A stretch of 64,000 nt of DNA from Deltaproteobacteria bacterium. Its GTDB lineage: Bacteria; Desulfobacterota; Desulfobaccia; Desulfobaccales; 0-14-0-80-60-11. The translations under genes and the position numbers were made by a program. This document shows positions 35,035-44,740 of the stretch, in pieces (position 1 is the stretch's first letter; each line of letters begins with the position of its first letter). Location of the stretch: positions 20,002 to 84,001 of the forward strand of contig JAKAKP010000059.1 in the NCBI GenBank assembly GCA_021813445.1, given 5' to 3'. A model generated the notes under the pieces. That model saw nothing but the letters and a program-made list of their open reading frames with translations, was not told where the DNA came from and ran no database searches.

Positions 35035-36547
35035 AATTACCGAATATCGTTTTGATCAATATGCCGAAAAGCTCCGCGCCTTCATCCAGGAGTCGGTCTC
35101 GCCCTTTGAGAACGATACTCCGGAAAAACAGCGGGAGCGGATCGATCGGGCCCGGCACGACAAGCTCTATTTCATGAGGACCTATCTGTCGCATTACTTC
35201 ACCAAGCCCTTCGGGGATTTTCATCAAGAGTGGGCAGATTTGGCCGACCTGGTGAATGAGGTTGTATTGGTTGCAGCGCCTCGGGAGCATGCCAAGAGCA
35301 CCTTCTTTGCTTTCGGCGACAAGCTTTACAAGATTTGTTTTGCCCTGAAACATTTCATGGTCATTCTCTCAGATACCAATGAGCAGGCCACCACCTTCAC
35401 TTTGGCGATTGCTCTGGAACTCGAGGAAAACCTGCGGCTAAAACATGACTTTGGCAAGCTGCTCTGGCCGGTCTGGAATAAGAGCAGTTTTTATACCACC
35501 AATGGCCTGTGGGTTCTGGCCCGGGGCAAAAAAGACAAGGTCCGGGGCTTGCGCCACCGGCAGTATCGGCCAGATGACGTGACGGTAGATGATATTGAGA
35601 ACGATATCAATGTCCTCAATCCTAAGTTGATCAAGGCCTGCATTGATTTTCTCCAGGGCACGGTCATTGGCTCGATGGGGGAAGATTACATCTTCTTGAT
35701 GGTAGGCAACCTCTTCCACGCCAAAAGCGTCTTATCGCAACTTATTGCTATGAAGGACGATGAGACTGGCGAACCTCTTTATGTCTCCAGGGTCTATCAG
35801 GCCATCATCGATGAGGGCACCGCGACGGAGCGCTCCCTATGGCCGGGACATTGGCCCTTGGAACGCCTCAAGGCCAAGCGCAAGAAGATGGGGTTATTCA
35901 ATTTTAACCGGGAGATGATGAACCGTTGCGGCGCCGAAGATAGCCCTTTCCGCGAATCCTGGTTTAAGTTTCACAACCTTATAGAACTCGTGGTCCCCCG
36001 GCTCCTCATAGTTTCCTTTTGTGACCCAAGCGCCAAGCAGGGGGAAGCCAATGATTATAAGGCCATAGTCACGGTAGGACTGGAACGTGACAAAATGCTC
36101 TTTCGCTGTCTCCATGCCTGGATTCGGCATGCCTCGCCTTTGGAGATGTTTGCGGCTGCCTATCGTATCCATGACGATTACGGCGGGCCGATGGGCATTG
36201 AAGAAAATATGCTGGAGGATTTTCTCCATGAGGCCATTTATTCCTATGCCCGACAGGTGGGGCGCTATCTTCCCTGGGTGCCGGTAAGACATCAAACCAA
36301 TAAAGAAAGCCGTATTATCAGTACCTTGGCCTACCTGGTGGAGCACAGCAAGATCACTTTTGAAAAAGGCCAGAGCGATCAGGGCCTGCTGCGGGAGCAA
36401 CTGATATATATCCTCAACAAGACTGTTCGCGATGATGGCCCAGACGCCCTGGAAGGGGCGGTGCACCTGCTTCAGGGTGGTGGCGGCGAGACCACCATCT
36501 TGAGCGGCATGCCCCGGCAGGCCGCAAATATGATGCGCGGTTACTAA
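35018..36547 (+). CDS. Terminase large subunit
   Basis: ATPase region (VLVAAPREHAKST...; acidic DDVTVDDIEND) and C-terminal nuclease region (SFCDPSAKQGEANDYKAIV...). Size and position fit. Start ATG 35018 preferred over 34985. Confidence 0.8.
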   Translation: MRKRPKITEYRFDQYAEKLRAFIQESVSPFENDTPEKQRERIDRARHDKLYFMRTYLSHYFTKPFGDFHQEWADLADLVNEVVLVAAPREHAKSTFFAFGDKLYKICFALKHFMVILSDTNEQATTFTLAIALELEENLRLKHDFGKLLWPVWNKSSFYTTNGLWVLARGKKDKVRGLRHRQYRPDDVTVDDIENDINVLNPKLIKACIDFLQGTVIGSMGEDYIFLMVGNLFHAKSVLSQLIAMKDDETGEPLYVSRVYQAIIDEGTATERSLWPGHWPLERLKAKRKKMGLFNFNREMMNRCGAEDSPFRESWFKFHNLIELVVPRLLIVSFCDPSAKQGEANDYKAIVTVGLERDKMLFRCLHAWIRHASPLEMFAAAYRIHDDYGGPMGIEENMLEDFLHEAIYSYARQVGRYLPWVPVRHQTNKESRIISTLAYLVEHSKITFEKGQSDQGLLREQLIYILNKTVRDDGPDALEGAVHLLQGGGGETTILSGMPRQAANMMRGY

Positions 36548-36552
36548 GGATC

Positions 36553-38088
36553 ATGAGACTCTGGGTCAGCCCGACAAAATGCATTGAGCTGGAGGAACAG
36601 CCTGCGGTCCAGTCGCTTTACCGGGAGATCGCCTCCCGCCAGACGGCCTATGACTGGTACGGGTATATCGGATTGTTGCCCGACCCCGACCCGGTCCTGC
36701 GCAAGCGGGGCGACGGCGTCCAGGTCCTGGAATCGCTCACGGCCGACGCCCACCTCATGAGCGTCATCCAGACCCGGAAGCTGGGGACGCTGAAGCGGGA
36801 ATACCGCTGGGAACCCGGTTCGCTCTCCGGAGAGAAGCCCTCCCGCCAGGCCAAGAATCTTTGTGAGGCCCTGCGGCAAGACCTGGAGCGGGTGGACCTC
36901 TTCCAGCTCATCTCCCAGGTCCTGGACGCCCCGCTGTACGGCCTGACCCCCATCGAACTTTTGTGGGAGCCGGGCAGCTCGGGGATGCGGCTCCGGGATT
37001 TGCGGGCCTTGCCGTGCCGCTGGTTCGGGTTCGATGAATACAACAACCCGAAGTTCCTCAGCTTCAACAACCCCTGGAACGGCGAGGCCCTGCCTTTCGG
37101 CAAGTTCGTTTTGGCCCGGCATTTCCCCAGTTATGACAACCCTTACGGCCTGCGGCTGCTGTCCCGCTGTTTCTGGCCGGTGACCTTCAAAAAAGGCGGC
37201 ATCAAATTCTGGGTCCAGTTCGCCGAGAAGTACGGCATGCCGTTTTTGGTGGGGAAATTCCGCCCTGGCGCGGGGGCAGCCGAGCAGCAGGAGATGCTGG
37301 CCAAACTGTCCCAGATGGTGCAGGACGCGGTGGCGGTGATCCCGGAAGGCAACTCGGTGGAGATCAAGGAAGGCCTGGCCTCGGGCCGCACCTCCTCGGC
37401 GGACAACTATGGGCGCCTGATCGCCCTGATGGATGCGGAGATCTCCAAGGTGATCATGGGGCAGACCCTCACCGCGGAAATCGGGGACAAGGGCTCCTAT
37501 GCGGCGTCCCAGACCCATGAGAATGTCCTGGAGCAATACCAGGAAGCCGACCAGGTCCTGGTCAAAACCGCGATGGAAGAAATCGCCTGGCTCTATGGCC
37601 AGGTGAACGCCCCCGGAGTGCCGACCCCGGTTTTTCAATGGTACGAGGCGGAAGATCCGCAAAAAGATATGGCCGACCGGGACAAGACACTGTCGGAGAC
37701 CGGGGTCAAATTTACGAAATCATATTACGTCCGGAAGTACGGCCTCCAGGAGGACGATTTTGAGATAGGTGAGATTCCGGCGCCCGGCGGCCAGGATAAT
37801 CCCCCGGGGTTCGCCGAGGGCAAGGGCTTCACCCCGGATCAGCAGGCCATCGAAGACCTGGTGGCGGCAACCCTAACCCAAGGGGTTAAGGGCAGCCAGG
37901 AGATGGCGCAAAAGATCATGGCGGTTATCGACAAGGCCGACAGCTTTGAGGCCCTCCAGGAAGGTCTGGCCCTGGCCTTCCCGGACATGGCCGGTGCGGA
38001 CTTCGAAAACGTCTTGAGCCAGGCAATGCTCGCCACGGACCTGTGGGGCCGCTTCCAGGTCAGGCAGGAGGGGGCGGATGGCCGTTGA
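36553..38088 (+). CDS. Portal protein (Mu gp29/DUF935-like)
   Basis: About 510 aa, immediately after the terminase and before the MuF gene. Sequence is reminiscent of DUF935 portals (call from memory). Confidence 0.7.
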   Translation: MRLWVSPTKCIELEEQPAVQSLYREIASRQTAYDWYGYIGLLPDPDPVLRKRGDGVQVLESLTADAHLMSVIQTRKLGTLKREYRWEPGSLSGEKPSRQAKNLCEALRQDLERVDLFQLISQVLDAPLYGLTPIELLWEPGSSGMRLRDLRALPCRWFGFDEYNNPKFLSFNNPWNGEALPFGKFVLARHFPSYDNPYGLRLLSRCFWPVTFKKGGIKFWVQFAEKYGMPFLVGKFRPGAGAAEQQEMLAKLSQMVQDAVAVIPEGNSVEIKEGLASGRTSSADNYGRLIALMDAEISKVIMGQTLTAEIGDKGSYAASQTHENVLEQYQEADQVLVKTAMEEIAWLYGQVNAPGVPTPVFQWYEAEDPQKDMADRDKTLSETGVKFTKSYYVRKYGLQEDDFEIGEIPAPGGQDNPPGFAEGKGFTPDQQAIEDLVAATLTQGVKGSQEMAQKIMAVIDKADSFEALQEGLALAFPDMAGADFENVLSQAMLATDLWGRFQVRQEGADGR

Positions 38089-39301
38089 GCTGAAGGCCCT
38101 GCCGCCCCGGGAAGCCATCCGGTTTTGGGCCGCCAAAGTCCCCATGCCGGCCCAGGAGTTTTACACCCTGGCCGCGGAGCAGCGGGTCAACGCCTTTGCG
38201 GTTTCGGGGATCGCCAAGCTGGATCAGCTCCTGGCCGTGCACGACTCTTTAGGACGGGCCATGCACGAAGGGGCGAGCTTCCAGTCCTGGAAAAAGAGCC
38301 TGCCGGACCTGTGGAAATCCAAGGGCTGGGTGGGGCCCAATGCCTACCGGGTGAGCAATATCTTCCACACCAACATCCAAACGGCTTATAACGTTGGGCG
38401 CTACCGGCAGATGATGGCCGTGGCCAGCGAGCGGCCCATCTGGACCTACATCGGGGTCAATGACCGCCGGCAATCGCAGATATGCCGGCGGCTCAACGGC
38501 CGGAGCTACCCCTATGACCATGAGTTCTGGAAGACCTATTATCCGCCGAACCATTTCCGCTGCCGGAGCACGGTCAGCAGCCAGGGCGTGGCCCAGGCCG
38601 AAAGAGCGGGAGTGAAGGTCTTGGAAGAAATTCCGGCAGATGTAGTGCAGCCCGAGAACGGTTTTGACACCAATCCGGGGCAGACCCATTACCAGCCGGA
38701 CCTCTCCAAGTATCCAGCCCTCTTCAAACAGCAGTTTTTGGAGGGCATGAATAAATTTTACAGCCCCGACACCCTGCCGGGCGTGACCCGGGGGCAGTTC
38801 GGGGAGTTGCTCAAGAAGACCCTGCGCCAGGCGGATTTACAGGACATGCAAACCCTGGTCTGGGCCGAAGAGCAGGGCGGCGTCGGCGGTTACCGGAATT
38901 GGGTGAATCAGGTTTTGAGCCGGCAAGCAGCCACAGGAGAGGTTTATCCGGCAGGAAATCTGCCGCTAAGGGTTTTGGGCAAGCTCCAGCAGCAGCCGCG
39001 GCTGGCCCTGGTGGTGGTGGATGATCAGGCGCTGCTGCACATGGTGCGAGACCTGAAAAAGTCCGCCCTGACTGCCGCGGAAATTGCGTCCATCCCCGAG
39101 AAATTTGCCGGCGCGGACTGGTATCGGGACAAAGAAGATCCGGCTTTGCTGCTGACCTGGCTGAGGTCGGGGGAAAACTGGATAAAGGTGGTAATCCGGC
39201 TGGATCAGAAGATCGGCAAGGGCATTGCTAACCGCATTGTCTCGGCGGGGGTGGTCAAGGCGCACAACCTCGAAGTGGGCGGCAGGTATGGAAAGTTATA
39301 G
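38078..39301 (+). CDS. Head morphogenesis protein, Mu F / SPP1 gp7 family, with about 200-aa C-terminal extension
   Basis: MuF core NAYRVSNIFHTNIQTAYNVGRYRQM...WTYIGVNDRRQSQICRRLNGRSYPYDHEFWKTYYPPNHFRCRSTV. Confidence 0.8.
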   Translation: MAVELKALPPREAIRFWAAKVPMPAQEFYTLAAEQRVNAFAVSGIAKLDQLLAVHDSLGRAMHEGASFQSWKKSLPDLWKSKGWVGPNAYRVSNIFHTNIQTAYNVGRYRQMMAVASERPIWTYIGVNDRRQSQICRRLNGRSYPYDHEFWKTYYPPNHFRCRSTVSSQGVAQAERAGVKVLEEIPADVVQPENGFDTNPGQTHYQPDLSKYPALFKQQFLEGMNKFYSPDTLPGVTRGQFGELLKKTLRQADLQDMQTLVWAEEQGGVGGYRNWVNQVLSRQAATGEVYPAGNLPLRVLGKLQQQPRLALVVVDDQALLHMVRDLKKSALTAAEIASIPEKFAGADWYRDKEDPALLLTWLRSGENWIKVVIRLDQKIGKGIANRIVSAGVVKAHNLEVGGRYGKL

Positions 39302-39436
39302 CAGGCCTGGGAGGACGCCCCTTCCCTCCATTGGCTTATCCGGTAAGGGAAAAACCCGACTCGCCAGAGCGGCAAATTTTCGAGTCCTCAGGCCTGCTTA
39401 TGAAAAGCAACTTAGCAACCATTAAGGGGAAAGTCA

Positions 39437-40300
39437 ATGGATTGTATGGATTGGGTGGAGATTTTCCGGACCGGGGAACATACCGACAGCGCCGGCCGGA
39501 CGCGGCTCTGGACGGAGGCGGACCTGGATAAGGTGGTGGCCGGCTACGATCCCGGCCAGCATGAGGCCCCGGTGGTCATCGGCCACCCCCAGAATAACGC
39601 CCCGGCCTATGGCTGGGTGGAGGCCGTGAAACGGGCGGGCGCTACCCTCCTGGCCAAGTTCAGGCAGGTGGAGCCGGCCTTCAGGGAAATGGTCCAGGCC
39701 GGGCGCTTCAAGAAACGGAGCGTCTCGTTTTACCCGGACGGCACCCTGCGCCACGTGGGCTTCTTGGGAGCCATGCCTCCGGCCGTCAAAGGGTTGAAAG
39801 ACGCGGCCTTCCAGGAGGAGGAGGGGTGCTCGGAATATGAGGAAAACCTGCCGACCCAGGCAAAAAAGGAGAGTCCCATGACTGAGGAAGAATTTCAGAG
39901 AAAGCTGGCGGAAGAGCGGGAAAAGCGGGAATTCGCCGAGGCCGAAACCAAGAAGGAAAAGGCCCGGGCCGACCAGGCCGAGGCAAACTTCTCCGAAACC
40001 GAGCGCAAACGGGTGCGCACGGAAATTGAGAATTTTGTGGAGGGCGGCATCAAAGAGGCCAAAATCCTGCCGCTCTGGAAGGAAAAGGGCCTGGTGGAAT
40101 TCATGCTGATGCTGTCCGGGCAGGACGGCGAATACGAATTCGCCGAAGGCCAGAAGCTCACGGCCGCCAAGTGGTTCCGGGATTTCCTGGAGAGCTTCAG
40201 CCAGCACCCACTGTTCAAGGAAATGGCCCGCCCGGCGGAAGACGGCAAGGGCGGCGATGACAAGCCCATTAACTTCCAAGAACTGACCAAGTTCGTCTAA
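39437..40300 (+). CDS. Capsid scaffolding/protease-like protein (Mu I / P2 gpO-like)
   Basis: The N-terminal domain resembles gpO/Mu-I family proteins. The central part is a Glu/Lys-rich coiled coil. Position is before the decoration and major capsid genes. Confidence 0.55.
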   Translation: MDCMDWVEIFRTGEHTDSAGRTRLWTEADLDKVVAGYDPGQHEAPVVIGHPQNNAPAYGWVEAVKRAGATLLAKFRQVEPAFREMVQAGRFKKRSVSFYPDGTLRHVGFLGAMPPAVKGLKDAAFQEEEGCSEYEENLPTQAKKESPMTEEEFQRKLAEEREKREFAEAETKKEKARADQAEANFSETERKRVRTEIENFVEGGIKEAKILPLWKEKGLVEFMLMLSGQDGEYEFAEGQKLTAAKWFRDFLESFSQHPLFKEMARPAEDGKGGDDKPINFQELTKFV

Positions 40301-40315
40301 GAGGAGAGCCAAGCC

Positions 40316-40900
40316 ATGACGATACAAGCCAATCTCGGGACACAGGCCTTTAACGAAGAACTGGTCATCGCCCAGGGACATGAGGTCCAGGTCCTGGGGC
40401 GCAAACTCAAGACCAACCAGGGGACGCTCAAGGCCGGAACCCTGGTGGCCCTGAACGCCAGCCGGGAAGTGGTGCCCTACGCCTCGGCCGACCATGTGAT
40501 CGGCACCGGTGATGCAGCGACCAAGGACTTTTCCCACAGCCTGGACCAGTACCCCATCGAGGCCGGGTCGGTGGAGGTTACGGACGGCACGGAGACCTTC
40601 AGCGATGATTTTAACGGCCGGCTCACCGGTTCGGCCGGCGGCACCGGCCTGGTGAACTATGAGACCGGCGACGTCAAGGTGTCCTTTAACGCCGCCCCGG
40701 CCAATAATGCGCCGGTTACGGCCACCTGCAAGAACCGCCTCAAGGGAGTCTTGCAGCGGGAAGTGGACACCACCAAAGAGGGCTCCGGCCTGGTGATTGT
40801 GCACGGCGCGGTGGTGGCCGCGGCCCTGAAGGTGGGCGTCGTGGCGCCGTCTGCGGCAACCCTGGATCTGTTGGAAACGCTGGGGATTTATCCCCTCTAA
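40316..40900 (+). CDS. Head decoration protein (lambda gpD-like) with inserted domain
   Basis: Position immediately upstream of the major capsid gene. N- and C-terminal segments resemble the gpD family (LKAGTLVALN...GLVIVHGAV). Confidence 0.5.
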   Translation: MTIQANLGTQAFNEELVIAQGHEVQVLGRKLKTNQGTLKAGTLVALNASREVVPYASADHVIGTGDAATKDFSHSLDQYPIEAGSVEVTDGTETFSDDFNGRLTGSAGGTGLVNYETGDVKVSFNAAPANNAPVTATCKNRLKGVLQREVDTTKEGSGLVIVHGAVVAAALKVGVVAPSAATLDLLETLGIYPL

Positions 40901-40912
40901 GGAGGACAGCCA

Positions 40913-41905
40913 ATGTTGATCGTTAATCTGCGCACCTTTTTCACTCCCCAGGCCATTGCCCAACGGCTGCAGGCCCTGCCCCCCATCAAATCGCCCACGA
41001 TGGACCTGATCTATCCGGGCCGCAGTCAGCACCCCCTGGCGGTCCTGGGGGTGGATGAAATCTCCGAGGTCGCCCTGACCGTGCCGGTGGTGCGCCGGGG
41101 CTCGCCCTCGACCCCGGTGGTGACCGACGCCCGGGAGATCAGCTATATCGAGCCTCTACCTCTGCGGCCGTCCACCACGCTGACCGCGGTGGACCTCAAC
41201 AATTTCAAGCTCCTGGACAATTCCGGCAGGGACGTGTGGGTGTCCGCCAAGATGGATATCCTGCGGCGCATCGTACACCGCAGCACTGAGGCCTTGTGTG
41301 CCCAATCCCTTACCGGCACCATCACCTACCCGGTGAAGCTCCAGGGCGGCGGTTACGACTCCTACCAGGTGGTCTTCGGGACCCCGCAAAGTTACGTCCC
41401 GGCCACGGCCTGGGACAACGCCCAGGCCAAGATTACCGATATCTTCAAGACCTTCACGGAAATGCAGGTGCTCCTGCAGGAGGCCGGCTACGGCGGCCAG
41501 GTGGAAATCTGGGCCGGCAAAACCGCGTTTTACGGCCTGATGGCCCTGGCCGAGAAGGTCACCAGCACCGCCCGCATCCGGGTGGAAATCTCGGCGGAGG
41601 GCGTGTTTGTCGGGAATTACCTGGTGAAGCTCCGGGCCGAAACCTACAAGAACCCGGAGACCGGGCTGTTCGTGCAGATCGTTCCGGACGACAAGATCGT
41701 CATGGTGGCCCAGGACGCCAATCACCGGCTGTTCTACTGCGCGGTGGACGACCTGGACGCCAACCTGGTGCCCATGCCCTTCTTCGTCAAGCCCATTGAA
41801 CAAAAGGACCCCAGCGGCATCAAGCTGGTGGCGGAATCGAAACCCCTGCCGGTGCCGGTGCCCAAGGCCATTTGCTGGGCGCAGGTGACCAATGTTCAGG
41901 CGTAA
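40913..41905 (+). CDS. Major capsid protein (lambda gpE-like family)
   Basis: 330 aa. Position and overall similarity to gpE-type capsid proteins (by-eye comparison from memory). Confidence 0.7.
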   Translation: MLIVNLRTFFTPQAIAQRLQALPPIKSPTMDLIYPGRSQHPLAVLGVDEISEVALTVPVVRRGSPSTPVVTDAREISYIEPLPLRPSTTLTAVDLNNFKLLDNSGRDVWVSAKMDILRRIVHRSTEALCAQSLTGTITYPVKLQGGGYDSYQVVFGTPQSYVPATAWDNAQAKITDIFKTFTEMQVLLQEAGYGGQVEIWAGKTAFYGLMALAEKVTSTARIRVEISAEGVFVGNYLVKLRAETYKNPETGLFVQIVPDDKIVMVAQDANHRLFYCAVDDLDANLVPMPFFVKPIEQKDPSGIKLVAESKPLPVPVPKAICWAQVTNVQA

Positions 41906-41956
41906 ACAGGCTCAGGCCGCAGCTTAAGGCTGCGGCCTGAAACGGGAGAGCAGGCC

Positions 41957-42373
41957 ATGCCGTATGCCAGCCAAGCAGACATTATCGACCGTTACGGCGA
42001 GGACGCCCTTTATGCCCTGGCGGACCGGGACCGGGACGGCACCCTGGATGAGGAGGCCATCGGCCGCGCCCTGGATGACGCCACCGCGGAAATCGACGGC
42101 TATCTGGCGGCCCGCTACCCTCTGCCCCTGACGGTAGCTCCCAAGATCATCGTCATTCTCTGTGTCGATATCGCCCTTTACCGGCTCTCCCCGGATCATG
42201 GGACGGAGGAGCGGCGCAAGCGCTATGAGGACGCGGTGCGGATGCTGAAGCTGATCTCCGAGGGGAAGGTGAGCCTGGGCATTAAGGAGCCCGAGGCGCC
42301 CATCGAACGCCCGGAGATTGGCGTGGCCACGCGGCCGCAAATCTTTTCTCCAGGCGTTTTGGACGAGTACTAA
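41957..42373 (+). CDS. Mu gp36-like protein (DUF1320)
   Basis: MPYASQADIIDRYGEDALYALADRD...EIDGYLAARYPLPL, typical DUF1320 N-terminus. Confidence 0.75.
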   Translation: MPYASQADIIDRYGEDALYALADRDRDGTLDEEAIGRALDDATAEIDGYLAARYPLPLTVAPKIIVILCVDIALYRLSPDHGTEERRKRYEDAVRMLKLISEGKVSLGIKEPEAPIERPEIGVATRPQIFSPGVLDEY

Positions 42374-42376
42374 AGC

Positions 42377-42835
42377 GTGGCTGCCGGAATTGCGCTCAAG
42401 CTCGATCTGGAGGGCCTGTCAGGGCTCGAAAAGCAGCTTAACGCCCTGGCCGCGTTTGGCGAAACCGGCAGAAAGACCTTGCTGGCCAATATCGGCGAAG
42501 AAGTCATCACTCAAACCCTCCAGCGTTTTCAGGAAGAGAAGGGGCCGGACGGCACTCCCTGGAAGAAGTCCCAACGGGCCGCGGCCCAGGGCGGGCTGAC
42601 CCTGACGGATTCGGCCCAACTGCGGGACTCCATCAATAGAAACCTGGGGGCCGATTTTGTGGAAGTGGGCACCAACAAGATTTACGGCCCCATTCACCAA
42701 TTGGGGGGTGATGCCGGCCGGGGCCATGCGGTCCATCTGCCGGCCCGGCCGTATCTCCCGGAAAACATCGAAGAGGTGAAGTCCCTGGATAAGCTGGTGG
42801 ATGATTTAATCGTCAGGATGGTGGGCGGGCTATGA
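42377..42835 (+). CDS. Phage virion morphogenesis protein (Mu G / tail completion S-like)
   Basis: FQEEKGPDGTPWKKS...LTDSAQLRDSI...NKIYGPIHQLGG. GTG start. Confidence 0.75.
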   Translation: MAAGIALKLDLEGLSGLEKQLNALAAFGETGRKTLLANIGEEVITQTLQRFQEEKGPDGTPWKKSQRAAAQGGLTLTDSAQLRDSINRNLGADFVEVGTNKIYGPIHQLGGDAGRGHAVHLPARPYLPENIEEVKSLDKLVDDLIVRMVGGL

Positions 42836-43371
42836 CTTTAGACGATCTGCGCCAGGCCATAGCGGACCAGATCAAGGCGAAGCTCCCGGAGCTGCGGGAT
42901 TGCCGCGCTCACGCCGGCAGGTTCGATCTGGGCGAATTGCGCCGGGTGGCCACCAAGACCCCGGCGGTCTTCATCGCCTGCCTGGGCGTGAAGGAATCGG
43001 AGCTGCGGGAAAGCGGTGAATGCGACGCCGACCTGGTCATGGCTGCCTTCGTGGTGACCTCGGACGTCAGGGGTCTTCCCCGCGATTTGTCGGCCTTAAA
43101 CATTATCGAATTTCTCCTTCTTTACCTCCCCGGGAAGCAGTGGGGGCTGGGCGGCAAGGCCTTCCAGGCCCGGGAGGTGCAGGCTCAGAATATGTATGCC
43201 GGCGACGTGGATAAGGCCGGCATCGCCTTGTGGGCGGCCACCTGGCGGCAGAAGGTGCGGCTGGGAACATCCGTCTGGGATGAAACCGGCGTTCTGCCGA
43301 GCCATGTCTATGTCGGGATCGCTCCCGAAATCGGCGCCGGGCATGAGTCCGATTATCGGGAGATCACCTGA
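42832..43371 (+). CDS. Mu gp37-like protein (DUF1834)
   Basis: Size and position after the virion morphogenesis gene. ATGA-type overlaps on both sides. Confidence 0.55.
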   Translation: MTLDDLRQAIADQIKAKLPELRDCRAHAGRFDLGELRRVATKTPAVFIACLGVKESELRESGECDADLVMAAFVVTSDVRGLPRDLSALNIIEFLLLYLPGKQWGLGGKAFQAREVQAQNMYAGDVDKAGIALWAATWRQKVRLGTSVWDETGVLPSHVYVGIAPEIGAGHESDYREIT

Positions 43372-43856
43372 TGGCCGGGGAAAAAGATTTCGCCCTCACC
43401 GAGATGGACCGCAGGCTGGCCAATATCGTGCGCCTGGGCACCGTGGAAGAGGCCGATTATGCCCAGGCCCGGGTGCGGATACGCTGCGGCGATATGCTCA
43501 CCGGCTGGCTGCCCTGGCTGACCGGCCGGGCCGGCAAGGACCGGGACTGGTGGGCCCCGGATCTCGGCGAGCAGGTCATGGTGCTCTCGCCCTCGGGCGA
43601 TCCGCTGCAAGGGGCCGTGCTCTTCGGGGTTTACCAGGACAGCGCCCCCCAGCCGGAGACGGACGTCAACAAGCGCACGGTAGTCTTCGAGGACGGCACC
43701 ACGGTCACTTATGACCGGAAAAACCATAAGCTCGACGTCCTCATCAAGGGGGACGTCGCGGTCAAGGTGACGGGCAAGGTCGATATGCAAGTCGAAGGCG
43801 AAGCGAAGGTCAAGGCGAAATTCATTCACCTTAATCCGCCGAAGGAGGAAAGCTGA
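43371..43856 (+). CDS. Baseplate assembly protein V (spike, gpV)
   Basis: VRLGTVEEADYAQARVRIRCGDMLTGWLPWLTGRAGKDRDWWAPDLGEQVMVLSPSGD, gpV OB-fold signature. Confidence 0.85.
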   Translation: MAGEKDFALTEMDRRLANIVRLGTVEEADYAQARVRIRCGDMLTGWLPWLTGRAGKDRDWWAPDLGEQVMVLSPSGDPLQGAVLFGVYQDSAPQPETDVNKRTVVFEDGTTVTYDRKNHKLDVLIKGDVAVKVTGKVDMQVEGEAKVKAKFIHLNPPKEES

Positions 43857-44188
43857 TGCCGCTGCCGTATGCCGATGAGGCTCTCATCACCGCGCCGCTG
43901 GAGGCGGTCCTGGTGGAACTCGCCGGGATCAAGTCGGAAATCGCCGGGCTTAGAGCCGTTATCGAGCACATCCATACCGGGCATTGGCACCTGGCGAACG
44001 CCACGGTGCCGAAGGCGGCGCTCCTGGTGAACGAATACATGGGCGGAGAAGACCTGGACGGCAACGGCCTGGTCTATGGCCGGGATTTTCATATCGCCCC
44101 GGATTGCCCGGCCAAGCCGCCCATGCTGAAAAGCCTGCCCAATGAGGGTACACCCATGAGCTGGACCGAATACCTGGGGAGTCTCTAA
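43856..44188 (+). CDS. Hypothetical protein between spike and PAAR genes
   Basis: 110 aa, translationally coupled on both sides. No family recognised. Confidence 0.4.
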   Translation: MPLPYADEALITAPLEAVLVELAGIKSEIAGLRAVIEHIHTGHWHLANATVPKAALLVNEYMGGEDLDGNGLVYGRDFHIAPDCPAKPPMLKSLPNEGTPMSWTEYLGSL

Positions 44189-44499
44189 TGCCGGAAGTGA
44201 CCAGGCTGCACGACCTAACGGTGGGTATCTGCTCCCACGGCCTGCCCTGTTGCCCGCACGGTTGCACCGGGGTGCATATCACCGGCTCCCCCGATACGGA
44301 TGCCAACGGCCGCCTGGTGACGCGTATCGGCGACTTCAGCGCCCATACGTGTCCTCATTGCGGGGTCAACATGAACATAGAGGGGTCTCCCGACGTGGAC
44401 GCCAATGGCATCCCGGTGACGCGCAAGGGGGACGGAGAAACTGAATTTTGTGGCAGCGGGAAGAGCGTTACCGGCTCTCCCGATGTGTACGCCAACTGA
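44188..44499 (+). CDS. PAAR-domain spike-tip protein
   Basis: Repeated GSPDTDANGRLVTRIGD / GSPDVDANGIPVTRKGD / GSPDVYAN units with Cys/His ligands (CSHGLPCCPHGC, HTCPHCG). Confidence 0.8.
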   Translation: MPEVTRLHDLTVGICSHGLPCCPHGCTGVHITGSPDTDANGRLVTRIGDFSAHTCPHCGVNMNIEGSPDVDANGIPVTRKGDGETEFCGSGKSVTGSPDVYAN

Positions 44500-44512
44500 G
44501 AAGGAGGAAGCC

Positions 44513-44740
44513 ATGCCGCAATACCAAGTTTTGAGGCCGTTTTCCCACAAGGGCCAGGTGCAAAAGAAGGGAGATTCCCTGGAGATGACCGAGCGGGAGG
44601 CGAGATACCTGGTCATGGGCTCGGACCCGTGGGTGGCCCTGGCGAAAGAAACCGCCGAGAAGGAGGCGCCTGCCCCCAAGGCCCCCAAGGGCAAGAAGCC
44701 CGAGGAACCCGCATTAGAGGGAGGAGAAGTCAATGCCTGA
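44513..44740 (+). CDS. Hypothetical small protein with Lys/Pro/Glu-rich tail
   Basis: Strong RBS (GAAGGAGGAAG) before ATG 44513. 75 aa. Confidence 0.45.
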   Translation: MPQYQVLRPFSHKGQVQKKGDSLEMTEREARYLVMGSDPWVALAKETAEKEAPAPKAPKGKKPEEPALEGGEVNA

